Positions 1-8,982 of a stretch of DNA of 64,000 bases are shown here, piece by piece (the stretch's first letter is position 1; the number at the start of each line of letters is the position of its first letter). Under the pieces are notes generated by a model that ran no database searches, was not told the DNA's origin, and saw only the letters and a program-made list of their open reading frames with translations. The stretch covers positions 65,758 to 129,757 of the forward strand of contig JBBKWX010000055.1 of NCBI GenBank assembly GCA_037969175.1, given 5' to 3'. Origin of the DNA: Bacteroidia bacterium (GTDB taxonomy: Bacteria > Bacteroidota > Bacteroidia > AKYH767-A > JBBKVM01). Position numbers and translations under genes: made by a program.

Positions 1-72
1 CGAACACTTAAAAAAGATGATGTTGTGAAAGTTGTAGCCAAAGAAGATCTATTTAAAGACAAGAAAAATTAA
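1..72 (+). CDS. 3' end of an upstream gene, partial. Reads ...RTLKKDDVVKVVAKEDLFKDKKN* with the stop at 70-72. Product unknown.
   Basis: Open frame 1 runs from the window edge to a TAA at 70-72. No start is visible because the gene is truncated by the window. Confidence 0.25.
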   Translation, partial: RTLKKDDVVKVVAKEDLFKDKKN

Positions 73-75
73 CCT

Positions 76-771
76 TTGTCGTACATTCTTAATATAGAAA
101 CATCAACTTCTGTTTGCTCTGTTTCACTTTCTTTTAACGGGGAATTAAAATTATTTCGGGAAGATAATTCGGGAATGAAGCATGCTGTGCAACTCAGCAT
201 TTTTATTGAGGAATTATTGAAGCAAGAAGCCATTGGAATAAAACAACTTGACGCTATTGCTGTAAGCTCCGGTCCCGGTTCCTATACAGGTTTGCGGATA
301 GGTCTTTCAACTGCAAAAGGACTATGTTTTTCAAATGATATTCCACTGATCACAATTCCTTCTTTGGATATTATTGCATATGGAATAAAGCATGATTCCG
401 AATTTTCAATAGTTGATGGAGAGTTCATTTATCCCATGATCGATGCGCGAAGAATGGAAGTATATACTGCTCGATTCGATCATATGTTGAATAGAGTAAA
501 TGAGTATCATGCACTGATAATTGAAGATCCTGATTTTTTTGAATCCTTAAATAATGCTGTTGTTTTTTTTGGAGGAGATGGTGCACAGAAATTCGAGCAT
601 TATAAAAGTGAATTTCCAAATCTTAGATTTACCCGGGTTCTTTCATCTTCAAAATATATGTGCATTTTGGCAAATGAGAAATTAATTAAAGGCCAATTTG
701 CAGATCTTGCTTATTCAGAACCATTCTATTTAAAAGATTTTGTTGCAGGTAAACCCAAGTCGCAACTTTGA
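76..771 (+). CDS. tsaB: tRNA threonylcarbamoyladenosine (t6A) biosynthesis protein TsaB (YeaZ-like inactive Kae1/YgjD homolog)
   Basis: The N-terminus 'ILNIETSTSVCSVSL' matches the TsaB 'ILAIDTSTxxcSVAL' motif. The protein is 231 aa and 'GPGSYTGLRIGLSTAKGL' is conserved. The start codon at 76 is TTG, the first start after the in-frame stop at 70-72. Confidence 0.8.
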   Translation: MSYILNIETSTSVCSVSLSFNGELKLFREDNSGMKHAVQLSIFIEELLKQEAIGIKQLDAIAVSSGPGSYTGLRIGLSTAKGLCFSNDIPLITIPSLDIIAYGIKHDSEFSIVDGEFIYPMIDARRMEVYTARFDHMLNRVNEYHALIIEDPDFFESLNNAVVFFGGDGAQKFEHYKSEFPNLRFTRVLSSSKYMCILANEKLIKGQFADLAYSEPFYLKDFVAGKPKSQL

Positions 772-863
772 TTTTGGCCAAATAATCAAAGGATTTCACC
801 CATAATAAGTTGCATTTCATATAAAATTCGATGTAATTACCTGGATTTTTATTAAATTTCGTT

Positions 864-3800
864 ATGCTTCTATTCAGGACCCCTGATCCTCTTTCCTTAA
901 GAGTCCTGTTGATTGTAACGTTTTCCTTCATTTTTGTTAACGTGAAGGCTCAACTTACAGTTAATAGTACACCCACACCCACACAATTGGTTCAAAACAA
1001 TTTATTGGGTTCCGGAGTAAGTGTTTCCAATATTCAATATACCGGCCCACCTTTATCTAAAGGTACATTTGCAAATGGTGGTCTTACAAATCTTGGCATT
1101 AATTCAGGAGTAATATTAAGTTCAGGTAATGCCAGTGGTGCCATTGGCCCTAACAATACAGGAAGTACAAGTACTAATTTTGGAAGCCCTGGTGATGCTT
1201 TTTTAAATACACTTGTTTCACCCAACCCAACTTTTGATGCTTCAATTCTTGAATTTGATTTTGCTGTTGCATCAGATTCAATTCGTTTCAAATATGTTTT
1301 TGGATCTGAAGAATATAATGAGTGGGTTAATTTTACATATAATGATGTATTCGGATTTTTCTTAAGTGGTCCGGGTATACCGGGCGTAAGGAATCTTGCA
1401 ACTATTCCGGGTGCTGGAATACCTGTATCCATCAATAATGTGAATAATGGGGTTTCACCTCCGGGTATTCCTGCTACCGGTCCATGCACAAATTGTGCTT
1501 ATTACCGGGATAACACAGCTGGTACTTCTTTGCAATATGATGGTTTAACTACAGTATTGACAGCAAAGTCTAATGTTACTGTTTGCGAAACGTATCATAT
1601 CCGACTCGCTATTGCTGATGCGGGTGATCCTAATCTTGATTCAGGTGTTTTTCTTGAATCAAACTCTTTCACAAGTTTTGGGAATATCAATATTTCATCA
1701 AGCGGTGGTACACAGTCGGGTGATACGATCTTCTTTTGTCCGGGAACACCAATAACATTGTGTGCCGTGCCTTCAGTGAATTATAGCTGGTCAACAGGTG
1801 CAACTACACAATGTATAACTGTTACCACACCCGGCTACTATTCCTGCTTCACTTCAAAGGGGAGTTGTTTTGCATGGTCTAACCAGTATATCCTGGTTCC
1901 TGCTGCTGCACCGGCGATTACCGTAACTGCAAGTGGCCCTACTCAACTTTGTCCGGGTTCAAATGTTACCCTTACTGCTAATTCTGCCATTTCTCCGGTT
2001 ACCTGGTCTAATGGTGCAACAACCCAAAGCATTACTGTTAATTCAGCCGGAACATATACAGCTTCAGTTACTACTGGTGGAACATGCGCTGTTTCAAGTG
2101 CAAGTATTTCAGTAACGATGGTAAGCAACGTTGCAACTGTCACTGCTTCCGGTCCAACTACCATCTGCCCTACAAACACAGTTACACTTACTGCCAATTC
2201 AGGGAGTTCTTATCTGTGGTCAAATGGCGCTACAACTCAAAGTATTGTTGTAGGAACAACCGGAAATTATTCAGTCACAGTATATCAACCGGGTGGTTGT
2301 AGTGCTGTTTCTGCACCGACAAATGTCACCATTTCTATGCCTGTGGCTACAGTCACGGTAACTGGAAATCCTGTTATCTGTCCGGGTGCATCCGTTGTAC
2401 TTCAAGCAAATGCAGGTTCAGCCTGGTTATGGTCAAATGGAGCTACAACTCAAAATATTAATGTTACTACCCCGGGTTCATATTATGTTCAGGTTACAAA
2501 TGCTTTCAATTGTCTTACATCTTCCAATAGTGTTAGCGTTACACCGAGTTTTCCAACAGCGACTATTTCAGTCAGCGGAAATCAAACTCTGTGTCCGGGT
2601 GATAATGTAACACTGACGGCAAATTCAGGTAGTGCATATTTATGGAATAATGGAGCAACAACACAAAGTATAGTTGTTTCAACAGCCGGTAATTTTAATG
2701 TCATTGTTACAAATACAGATCTATGTAATGCAACATCAACAGGCATTCCTGTAAACATGAGCAACCCTATCGCAAGTGCGACAGCAGGTGGAAACACTAC
2801 ATTATGTCCGGGACAAAATGTAACGCTCAATGCAAATTCAGGCTCTTCCTGGCTTTGGTCCAATGGCTCTACAACACAATCTATAACTGTTGGTAGCGGA
2901 GGAACGTATTCTGTTAGCGTCATGAATGCTGATGGCTGTTCTGCAAATTCAAATCTGATCCCTGTCGTAAATAGTATCCCTACGGCTGCTGTCACTGCAT
3001 CAGGTCCCGTAGATCTCTGCCCCGGAACAAATGTGACACTTAATGCTAATGCTGGCCAAAGCTACCTTTGGAGTAATGGCTCTACCTCATCAAGTATCAA
3101 CGTTAGTTCGCCCGGAAGTTATTCAGTTCAGGTAACAAATACAGATAATTGTACTGCAGCTTCAACTGCTATAAATGTTACTTCACTGCTTGCAGTAGCT
3201 TCGATCACACCATCTGGATCTACACTTTTGTGTCCTGGAAATAATGTAAATCTCAATGCAAGTTCCGGAAGCGCATGGCTGTGGTCGAACGGTGCTACAA
3301 CGCAGACTATTTCAGTGAATCAGGCAGGTAACTATAGTGTCACGATCATTAACTCGAATGGATGTACAGAAGTTTCTGCACCAATGGCTGTTAGCTTGTC
3401 TAATCCTTCGGCAACAGCTACTCCGGCAGGAAACACAATGTTATGTCCGGGACAAAATGTTGCTCTCAACGCAAATTCAGGATCTTCCTGGCTTTGGTCA
3501 AATGGGTCTACAACGCAATCTATAAATGTGGGAAGTGGAGGAACGTATTCTGTCAGTGTTACAAATTCTGATGGCTGTACTGCAATTTCCAATCTGATCG
3601 TAGTTTCTGAGAGTAATCCTTTAGCTAATATCACTGCTTCAGGACCATTAGATCTATGCCCTGGCGAAAACGTAACGCTTACAGCAAACCCAGGCCAGAG
3701 CTATCTCTGGAGTGATGGATCTACATCTTCTACTATTACAGTTTCAAGTTCCGGAGTGTATTCTGTACAAGTGACAAATACGGATAATTGTGTTGCTGTT

Positions 3801-5453
3801 TCAAGCAATACAAATGTAAATACGCTGAATGCTGTTGCAACAATTACGGCAATGGGACCCACACAATTATGTCCGGGCGGAAATGTTGTTTTGGCTGCAA
3901 GTGCAGGTAGCGCATGGCTTTGGTCCAATGGAGAAACTACACAAAACATCACCGTTACACAATCAGGAAACTATAGTGTGAATGTTGTGAATTCAAATTC
4001 ATGTGCAGCTCTCACGTTGCCTGTTTCAGTATCATTCTCAACGCCAACCGCAAGTGCAACAGCATTGAGTTCAACAGATATTTGCCCCGGATCCAGTGTT
4101 GGTTTGACCGCAAATAACGGATCAGCATGGCTTTGGAGTAATGGAGCTACTACTCAACAGATCCAGGTTACTACTTCCGGCAACTACTCCGTTCAGGTTA
4201 CTGATCCTACAGGATGCATAGCCAATTCTAATAGTATCCCGGTTCAGGTAATTACTCCGCTTGCAAATATCACTGTTCAGGGAAATACAGATCTTTGTCC
4301 CGGTCAGCAAGTAATATTGATTGCAAATACAGGATCTAATTATTTATGGTCGACAGGTGCAACAACACAACAGATCACTTTAACTCAAACCGGCAGCTAC
4401 AGTGTTCAGGTTATAAATTCGATTGGTTGTACGGCACTTTCTGCACCGATCACAGTAAATGCGCTCACAGCTGATGCAACTGTTTTTGCAAATGGCCCGC
4501 TTAAGTTTTGTGAAGGTGGAGATGTGACTCTCAGTGCGAATCCGGGTTCTTCCTGGCATTGGTCAACGGGAGAAACTACACAAACTATCGTAGTTAATAC
4601 AAGTGGAACCTATACTGTAGAAGTTGTAAATACCAATGGATGTCAAAAACTTTCACAACCGCTTAATGTTACAGTAGCTCTTAATCCGGTAGTAGATTTT
4701 TATCCTGATTTGTTTGGTGGTTGCGCTCCTTTGAAAGTTAATTTTTCTGATCTATCAAGTACAACAAATAATGCATCCTATCTATGGAATTTTGGTGACG
4801 GACAAAGTTCGCAGGACAAAAATCCGACACATATTTATAGTGGAGTTGGATTGTATTCGGTACAACTAATTGTTACTTCTTCTGAAGGTTGTAAGAGCGA
4901 ACTGATCAAACCTGACTTGATAGATGTAGCAGATAGCCCTGTAGCATTCATGTCATTCTATCCAAATAACCCATTGCTATTCAGTTCAACAGTTCAGTTT
5001 TCTGATTCATCTGCAGGAGCTACTTCCCGGATCTGGCATTTTGGTGATGGTACCCGCTCAGACCTTAAAGATCCTTTGCATACCTATGATGAGCCGGGTC
5101 AATATACAATTCGTCTTGAAGTGGAAAATGGTTTTGGATGTTCGAATGAGATCATAAAAGATATTTATGTATTCCCGTTTTATCTTCCGAATGCATTTTC
5201 TCCTAATGGAGATGGTTACAACGATTCATTCTATGAAATGAATTTCAATATGAATGTTACATCTTTTGGAATGCACATTTATAACAGATGGGGGCAACTT
5301 ATTTTTGAATCAGACAGTCAAGCTAAGACTTGGGATGGAAAAGATCTGAATAAAATGGATTCACCGCAAGGAGTTTATATCGTTATTATGGATGTAAAAA
5401 CGCTACAGGGTACAGACCATCAATTTAAAACACAACTTACGCTGATCCGGTGA
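864..5453 (+). CDS. Giant secreted cell-surface protein (1529 aa). It has a signal peptide and an N-terminal choice-of-anchor-L-like domain. About 14 tandem ~80-aa Ig-like repeats follow, then 2 PKD-like domains and a T9SS type-B C-terminal domain (gliding-motility-associated CTD, CHU_C).
   Basis: The N-terminal signal peptide is 'LLIVTFSFIFVNVKAQ'. 'FGSEEYNEWVNFTYNDVFGFF' is typical of the choice-of-anchor L domain. The repeat unit is 'LCPGxNVTLTANxGSxYLWSNGATTQSIxVxxxGxYSVxVTNxxGCxxxS'. Two 'WNFGDG'/'WHFGDG' PKD cores are present. The C-terminus 'YLPNAFSPNGDGYNDSF...' is the hallmark of the TIGR04131 / CHU_C domain. Confidence 0.9.
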   Translation: MLLFRTPDPLSLRVLLIVTFSFIFVNVKAQLTVNSTPTPTQLVQNNLLGSGVSVSNIQYTGPPLSKGTFANGGLTNLGINSGVILSSGNASGAIGPNNTGSTSTNFGSPGDAFLNTLVSPNPTFDASILEFDFAVASDSIRFKYVFGSEEYNEWVNFTYNDVFGFFLSGPGIPGVRNLATIPGAGIPVSINNVNNGVSPPGIPATGPCTNCAYYRDNTAGTSLQYDGLTTVLTAKSNVTVCETYHIRLAIADAGDPNLDSGVFLESNSFTSFGNINISSSGGTQSGDTIFFCPGTPITLCAVPSVNYSWSTGATTQCITVTTPGYYSCFTSKGSCFAWSNQYILVPAAAPAITVTASGPTQLCPGSNVTLTANSAISPVTWSNGATTQSITVNSAGTYTASVTTGGTCAVSSASISVTMVSNVATVTASGPTTICPTNTVTLTANSGSSYLWSNGATTQSIVVGTTGNYSVTVYQPGGCSAVSAPTNVTISMPVATVTVTGNPVICPGASVVLQANAGSAWLWSNGATTQNINVTTPGSYYVQVTNAFNCLTSSNSVSVTPSFPTATISVSGNQTLCPGDNVTLTANSGSAYLWNNGATTQSIVVSTAGNFNVIVTNTDLCNATSTGIPVNMSNPIASATAGGNTTLCPGQNVTLNANSGSSWLWSNGSTTQSITVGSGGTYSVSVMNADGCSANSNLIPVVNSIPTAAVTASGPVDLCPGTNVTLNANAGQSYLWSNGSTSSSINVSSPGSYSVQVTNTDNCTAASTAINVTSLLAVASITPSGSTLLCPGNNVNLNASSGSAWLWSNGATTQTISVNQAGNYSVTIINSNGCTEVSAPMAVSLSNPSATATPAGNTMLCPGQNVALNANSGSSWLWSNGSTTQSINVGSGGTYSVSVTNSDGCTAISNLIVVSESNPLANITASGPLDLCPGENVTLTANPGQSYLWSDGSTSSTITVSSSGVYSVQVTNTDNCVAVSSNTNVNTLNAVATITAMGPTQLCPGGNVVLAASAGSAWLWSNGETTQNITVTQSGNYSVNVVNSNSCAALTLPVSVSFSTPTASATALSSTDICPGSSVGLTANNGSAWLWSNGATTQQIQVTTSGNYSVQVTDPTGCIANSNSIPVQVITPLANITVQGNTDLCPGQQVILIANTGSNYLWSTGATTQQITLTQTGSYSVQVINSIGCTALSAPITVNALTADATVFANGPLKFCEGGDVTLSANPGSSWHWSTGETTQTIVVNTSGTYTVEVVNTNGCQKLSQPLNVTVALNPVVDFYPDLFGGCAPLKVNFSDLSSTTNNASYLWNFGDGQSSQDKNPTHIYSGVGLYSVQLIVTSSEGCKSELIKPDLIDVADSPVAFMSFYPNNPLLFSSTVQFSDSSAGATSRIWHFGDGTRSDLKDPLHTYDEPGQYTIRLEVENGFGCSNEIIKDIYVFPFYLPNAFSPNGDGYNDSFYEMNFNMNVTSFGMHIYNRWGQLIFESDSQAKTWDGKDLNKMDSPQGVYIVIMDVKTLQGTDHQFKTQLTLIR
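1731..4690 (+). repeat. In-frame coding tandem repeat array inside the 864..5453 gene. About 14 units of ~240 bp each encode one Ig-like beta domain per unit.
   Basis: The CPG...LWSNGATTQ...GxYSV...C motif recurs periodically. Nucleotide-level similarity between units is obvious, for example 'ttatgtccgggacaaaatgt' at 2805 and again at 3441. Confidence 0.7.
2760..4037 (+). repeat. Two adjacent copies of a 639-bp block (2760..3398 and 3399..4037). Each block holds three Ig-like repeats, so this is a recent intragenic segmental duplication.
   Basis: The two 213-aa segments align end to end: 'SNPIASATAGGNTTLCPGQNVTLNANSGSSWLWSNGSTTQSITVGSGGTYSVSV...' and 'SNPSATATPAGNTMLCPGQNVALNANSGSSWLWSNGSTTQSINVGSGGTYSVSV...'. 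Nucleotide identity is roughly 85-90 percent. By contrast, other repeat pairs are similar only at the protein level. Confidence 0.7.
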
Positions 5454-5464
5454 TAAACTGATGA

Positions 5465-7558
5465 TCATCTTAGCAGTTTCATTGCTTCTGAGACTTCTTG
5501 TACGGGCAGTTTACAACTTCCTTTCTCACATACATAGATCATAGTTTTCCCATCCACAAATCTGTTTTCGAAAAGTGGAATAGTTGATTCTTTTTCGGAT
5601 GCCAGAATAAAATAATTTCCTTTTGCCTTTTGTCTTAATTCCTGTGCAATTGATTTTGCATTTTTTCCTGCAATAACAATTTCGTTAAATTCATAAACCT
5701 GATTTAACATTAGCATAGCATAATTTGAATATCCACTGGGGTATAGTTTCATCTTATGTTTTACAGAAAACAATAATTTATCAGAAATAGTTGAATATTG
5801 CTCTTTGCCTGTGATCAGTCCAAGTAGAAATAAACCCTTGCTCATGCTGCTATTTGATGCCGGAATTACATTGTCATGCATTTCCCTGCTTCTGGTTATC
5901 AATGCAGGATCAAGATCCGATGTAAAATAAAAAGTACCGGAGTTTGAATCATAAAAATGTTTGATTGTATACTCTGCCAGTTCTTCGGCTTTGCTAATCC
6001 AGCGATCATCATACGTAGCTTCGTAAAGTTTCAATAGCATTTCAATTGTGAAACTGTAATCTTCCAAATATGCATTGATCTTTGCTTTCCCTTCTTTATA
6101 ACTATGCAATAATCCTCCATCTTTTGACCTCATTTTACTTAGTATGAAATCAGCATTTCGAATTGCACTTTTCAAAAACCGATCTTCGGTAAATACTATG
6201 TATGCATCAGCGTAAGCCTTTGCCATCAAAGCATTCCAGGAACATAATTGTTTGTCATCCAGACCGGGTCGGATCCTGTTTTTTCTATTCTCGAAAAGTT
6301 TGTTGATCGATCTTTTTTTAATCTCTGAAAATGATTGATCCGTGATTTTATTTCTAGAGATAAAATCCTGATCATTCTCGATTCTGAGTAATATGTAATT
6401 TCCTTCCCAAGCACCATGTTTGTTGATGCTAAAATATTCTCCCATGAGTTTGGCATCTTCCCCTAAAACGCTTTCAAACTCTTCTTTGGTCCAAACATAA
6501 AATTTCCCTTCTTCGCCTTCGCTGTCGGCATCCAGTGCGGAATAAAATGCTCCTTCAGTGGATGTCATTTCTCTTTCAATAAAATCCAAAGTTTGATAAA
6601 CGATTTCTTTGTATAAAGGATTTGGATTCAATGCATAAGCAGCTGAATAAAGTGAGATCAGTTGAGCATTATCATACAGCATCTTTTCGAAGTGCGGAGC
6701 TTTCCATAGTCCATCAGTTGAATAACGTGCAAACCCTCCACCTATCTGATCGTAGATACCACCCAGCGCCATCTTTTCGAGAGTTAATTCTGTTTGTGCC
6801 CAGGCGCTTTTGTTCTTAGTGTTACGATAATATTCAAGGATAAATTCCCAGTTATTTGGAAGCGGGAATTTAGGAGCCCGGCTGAATCCTCCTTCTACCT
6901 TATCAAATGTTTTTTCAAATTCTGAATAGTACTCATCCAGTGTTGATCTTTCAAAATGGATATCTCCTTTTGCAACTTCTATGAGATCCATTCCTTTGAT
7001 TCCATCATGTAATTTTTCTGCGTATTCAATAAATTTTTGAGGTTGCGTTTTGTAGGATCTGTCCAACTCCTGCAGTATTTCCTGCCATTGCTTTTTTGGA
7101 TAATACGTTCCGCCAAATACGGGTCTGCCATCCGGTAAGGTGAAACAATTCAATGGCCAACCGCCTCTTCCTGTCATTAACTGTACTGCATTCATATAGA
7201 TCTGATCTACATCAGGTCGTTCTTCACGATCTACTTTGATACATATAAAATCACGATTCATGATCTCAGCAGTCTCTACATCTTCAAAGGATTCATGTTC
7301 CATTACATGGCACCAATGACAAGCGCTGTAACCTATACTTACAAGTACAAGTTTGTTTTCTGCTTTCGCTTTTTCAAATGCTTCATCGCCCCATGGATAC
7401 CAGTTTACCGGATTGTGTGCATGCTGCAATAAATACGGACTGCTTTCATGTATCAGCGAATTGGTAAATTTATGCTCACTTTGTTTCATAGTAGTTTTTC
7501 CATTATTGCAGGCCAGAGAGCTTACAAGTATTAAACATAAAAAACGAGTTGTCCTCAT
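5465..7558 (-). CDS. Thioredoxin-domain protein of the DUF255 / YyaL / SPATA20-like family. It has an N-terminal thioredoxin fold and a C-terminal six-hairpin glycosidase-like domain. It is a probable lipoprotein.
   Basis: '[20 protein letters not shown]' is the CxxC thioredoxin motif typical of DUF255. The protein is 697 aa. The N-terminus '[14 protein letters not shown]' is a lipoprotein signal. Confidence 0.8.
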   Translation of the reverse strand: MRTTRFLCLILVSSLACNNGKTTMKQSEHKFTNSLIHESSPYLLQHAHNPVNWYPWGDEAFEKAKAENKLVLVSIGYSACHWCHVMEHESFEDVETAEIMNRDFICIKVDREERPDVDQIYMNAVQLMTGRGGWPLNCFTLPDGRPVFGGTYYPKKQWQEILQELDRSYKTQPQKFIEYAEKLHDGIKGMDLIEVAKGDIHFERSTLDEYYSEFEKTFDKVEGGFSRAPKFPLPNNWEFILEYYRNTKNKSAWAQTELTLEKMALGGIYDQIGGGFARYSTDGLWKAPHFEKMLYDNAQLISLYSAAYALNPNPLYKEIVYQTLDFIEREMTSTEGAFYSALDADSEGEEGKFYVWTKEEFESVLGEDAKLMGEYFSINKHGAWEGNYILLRIENDQDFISRNKITDQSFSEIKKRSINKLFENRKNRIRPGLDDKQLCSWNALMAKAYADAYIVFTEDRFLKSAIRNADFILSKMRSKDGGLLHSYKEGKAKINAYLEDYSFTIEMLLKLYEATYDDRWISKAEELAEYTIKHFYDSNSGTFYFTSDLDPALITRSREMHDNVIPASNSSMSKGLFLLGLITGKEQYSTISDKLLFSVKHKMKLYPSGYSNYAMLMLNQVYEFNEIVIAGKNAKSIAQELRQKAKGNYFILASEKESTIPLFENRFVDGKTMIYVCEKGSCKLPVQEVSEAMKLLR

Positions 7559-7630
7559 TATCTTAAGTTAAGAAAAAATAGGACATCGATTTTGAAATAG
7601 ATTCGTTTCCGAAAACTTATACTCAACGTA

Positions 7631-8071
7631 TCACTTTGAAATTATGATAGAAGCAGTGGTTTCCGTATTAGAATAATTACCGGATCTGTCGATGAGATAA
7701 ACACTAAAAGTTGCAGCTTCAGAATTGCCGCCATTTGTAATTCCCATTGGAGGTAATTCAATATTCAATTTCCCTCTGATCGCAATATTTTCTCCGTTGG
7801 GAGTCAAGGTCTGAATTCTGAAAGCATGTACAATTCCTATTCTATTATCTTTTACCCAAAGGTTCTTTACATCAGGATCATTTGCCCCAAGATCTCCATT
7901 TCCATCCTCATAACTTAAGGTTAAGATCAATCCGTTTTCATATTCTTTTATCGAACTTTTATTTAAAAATACATTTGATATGACCGGTGTTTCAGAAATA
8001 AGTGGTTCATCCTTTTTACAAGATGAAAATAGAAAGATTACAGAGGCTAAAAACAAAGCGTATCTCATCAT
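7631..8071 (-). CDS. Small lipoprotein of 146 aa, predicted beta-rich, function unknown. It is the last gene of the DUF1501 operon.
   Basis: The signal is 'LFLASVIFLFSSCKKDE' (lipobox Cys followed by KKDE). Its start overlaps the stop of the upstream gene at 8071. No motif was recognised. Confidence 0.55.
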   Translation of the reverse strand: MMRYALFLASVIFLFSSCKKDEPLISETPVISNVFLNKSSIKEYENGLILTLSYEDGNGDLGANDPDVKNLWVKDNRIGIVHAFRIQTLTPNGENIAIRGKLNIELPPMGITNGGNSEAATFSVYLIDRSGNYSNTETTASIIISK

Positions 8072-8982
8072 TATTGTATCTTAAATGAATACACTGATTT
8101 TATATAAGACAATGTGCTGTTTGTCGGATAACCCGTCGCGACCGCATGTTGAGGGTCTCTGGCGAAATAACGCATATAGTAAATACCTCCGGTAGTTAGT
8201 GAAGAAGTATTGAATGTAACAAACCACAATTTTAGATTCCCTAATAGTACATAAGTTGCCTGATGTAAAACAGGGTTGCTGAAATCGTCGATCGAAGTAG
8301 AAAGTTTCAATTGATTTTGCAAAAGATTTTCAACTGCAGTACTATCATCTTGCAATACAAAATAGATGGTCATGTTTGTTGCTGATGGAACAATAAAAGG
8401 ATTGTATGCAATTCCATCAACACGGTTTGTATCAATACGAGTACCGTTTCCATCGAAAGCCGCATAAGCTACCAGTTCCGGTTCCTGATTCGGATAGCTT
8501 GGCAAAACAGATACATTTCCATTGATATCACGTGCTCCATTTGAGATCCAGTTGTTGATATGGCCTAGCTCAGTACTGTTCAGCGGAGTGCTGTATAATG
8601 GCATTCTACCGAGCACGGAATCTCCGGTTACCAACCGTTCATGCAACCACGAATTATTTACATCAAAAGGTATGACTCTGTAGTTGAATGTTCCCTGAGA
8701 ATTATTCTTAATTACTTTATGATAAACCAAAGAGGAATAGGTACTCTGAACACTTCTAAAATCAGGTTCGAAATTTCCGTCATGACAACCCGGATTATTG
8801 CATTTCACATTGAAGATATTTTTATGCAGTCCGGTAATACTGTTGGGGTCAGGCTCAACAGGAGGATTAGTTCCTCCACTATTTATCCCGTCATAAGGAT
8901 TTGGAGGATCGATAACATCACTTTTACATGCATAAAGGATCACGCACAACGAAACACACAGAAAGGTCAGATACTTTATCAT
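8071..8982 (-). CDS. Lipoprotein of 303 aa with an N-terminal planctomycete-cytochrome-C-like (PSCyt1-like) module
   Basis: The signal is 'LCVILYACKSD'. The segment 'FNVKCNNPGCHDGNFEP...SWLHERLVTGDSVLGRMPLYSTPLNSTELGHINNWISNGA' fits the PSCyt1 consensus 'PIL..C..CHg....LrL....peeSlLi.rv....erMPp...Ls.eei..l..WI.qGA'. The heme-type motif here is C-x4-CH rather than CxxCH. An ATGA overlap with the DUF1501 gene lies at 8979-8982. Confidence 0.55.
   Translation of the reverse strand: MIKYLTFLCVSLCVILYACKSDVIDPPNPYDGINSGGTNPPVEPDPNSITGLHKNIFNVKCNNPGCHDGNFEPDFRSVQSTYSSLVYHKVIKNNSQGTFNYRVIPFDVNNSWLHERLVTGDSVLGRMPLYSTPLNSTELGHINNWISNGARDINGNVSVLPSYPNQEPELVAYAAFDGNGTRIDTNRVDGIAYNPFIVPSATNMTIYFVLQDDSTAVENLLQNQLKLSTSIDDFSNPVLHQATYVLLGNLKLWFVTFNTSSLTTGGIYYMRYFARDPQHAVATGYPTNSTLSYIKSVYSFKIQ

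Noticed and set aside
1034-4310. Many 60-150-aa ORFs antisense to the 864..5453 gene (1034..1489, 1943..2197, 2582..2995, 3332..3634, 3701..3952, 4122..4310 and others)
   Set aside because: They lie in the repeat-encoding region, where the periodic composition keeps antisense frames open. Their products are low-complexity with no signals, so they are shadow ORFs.
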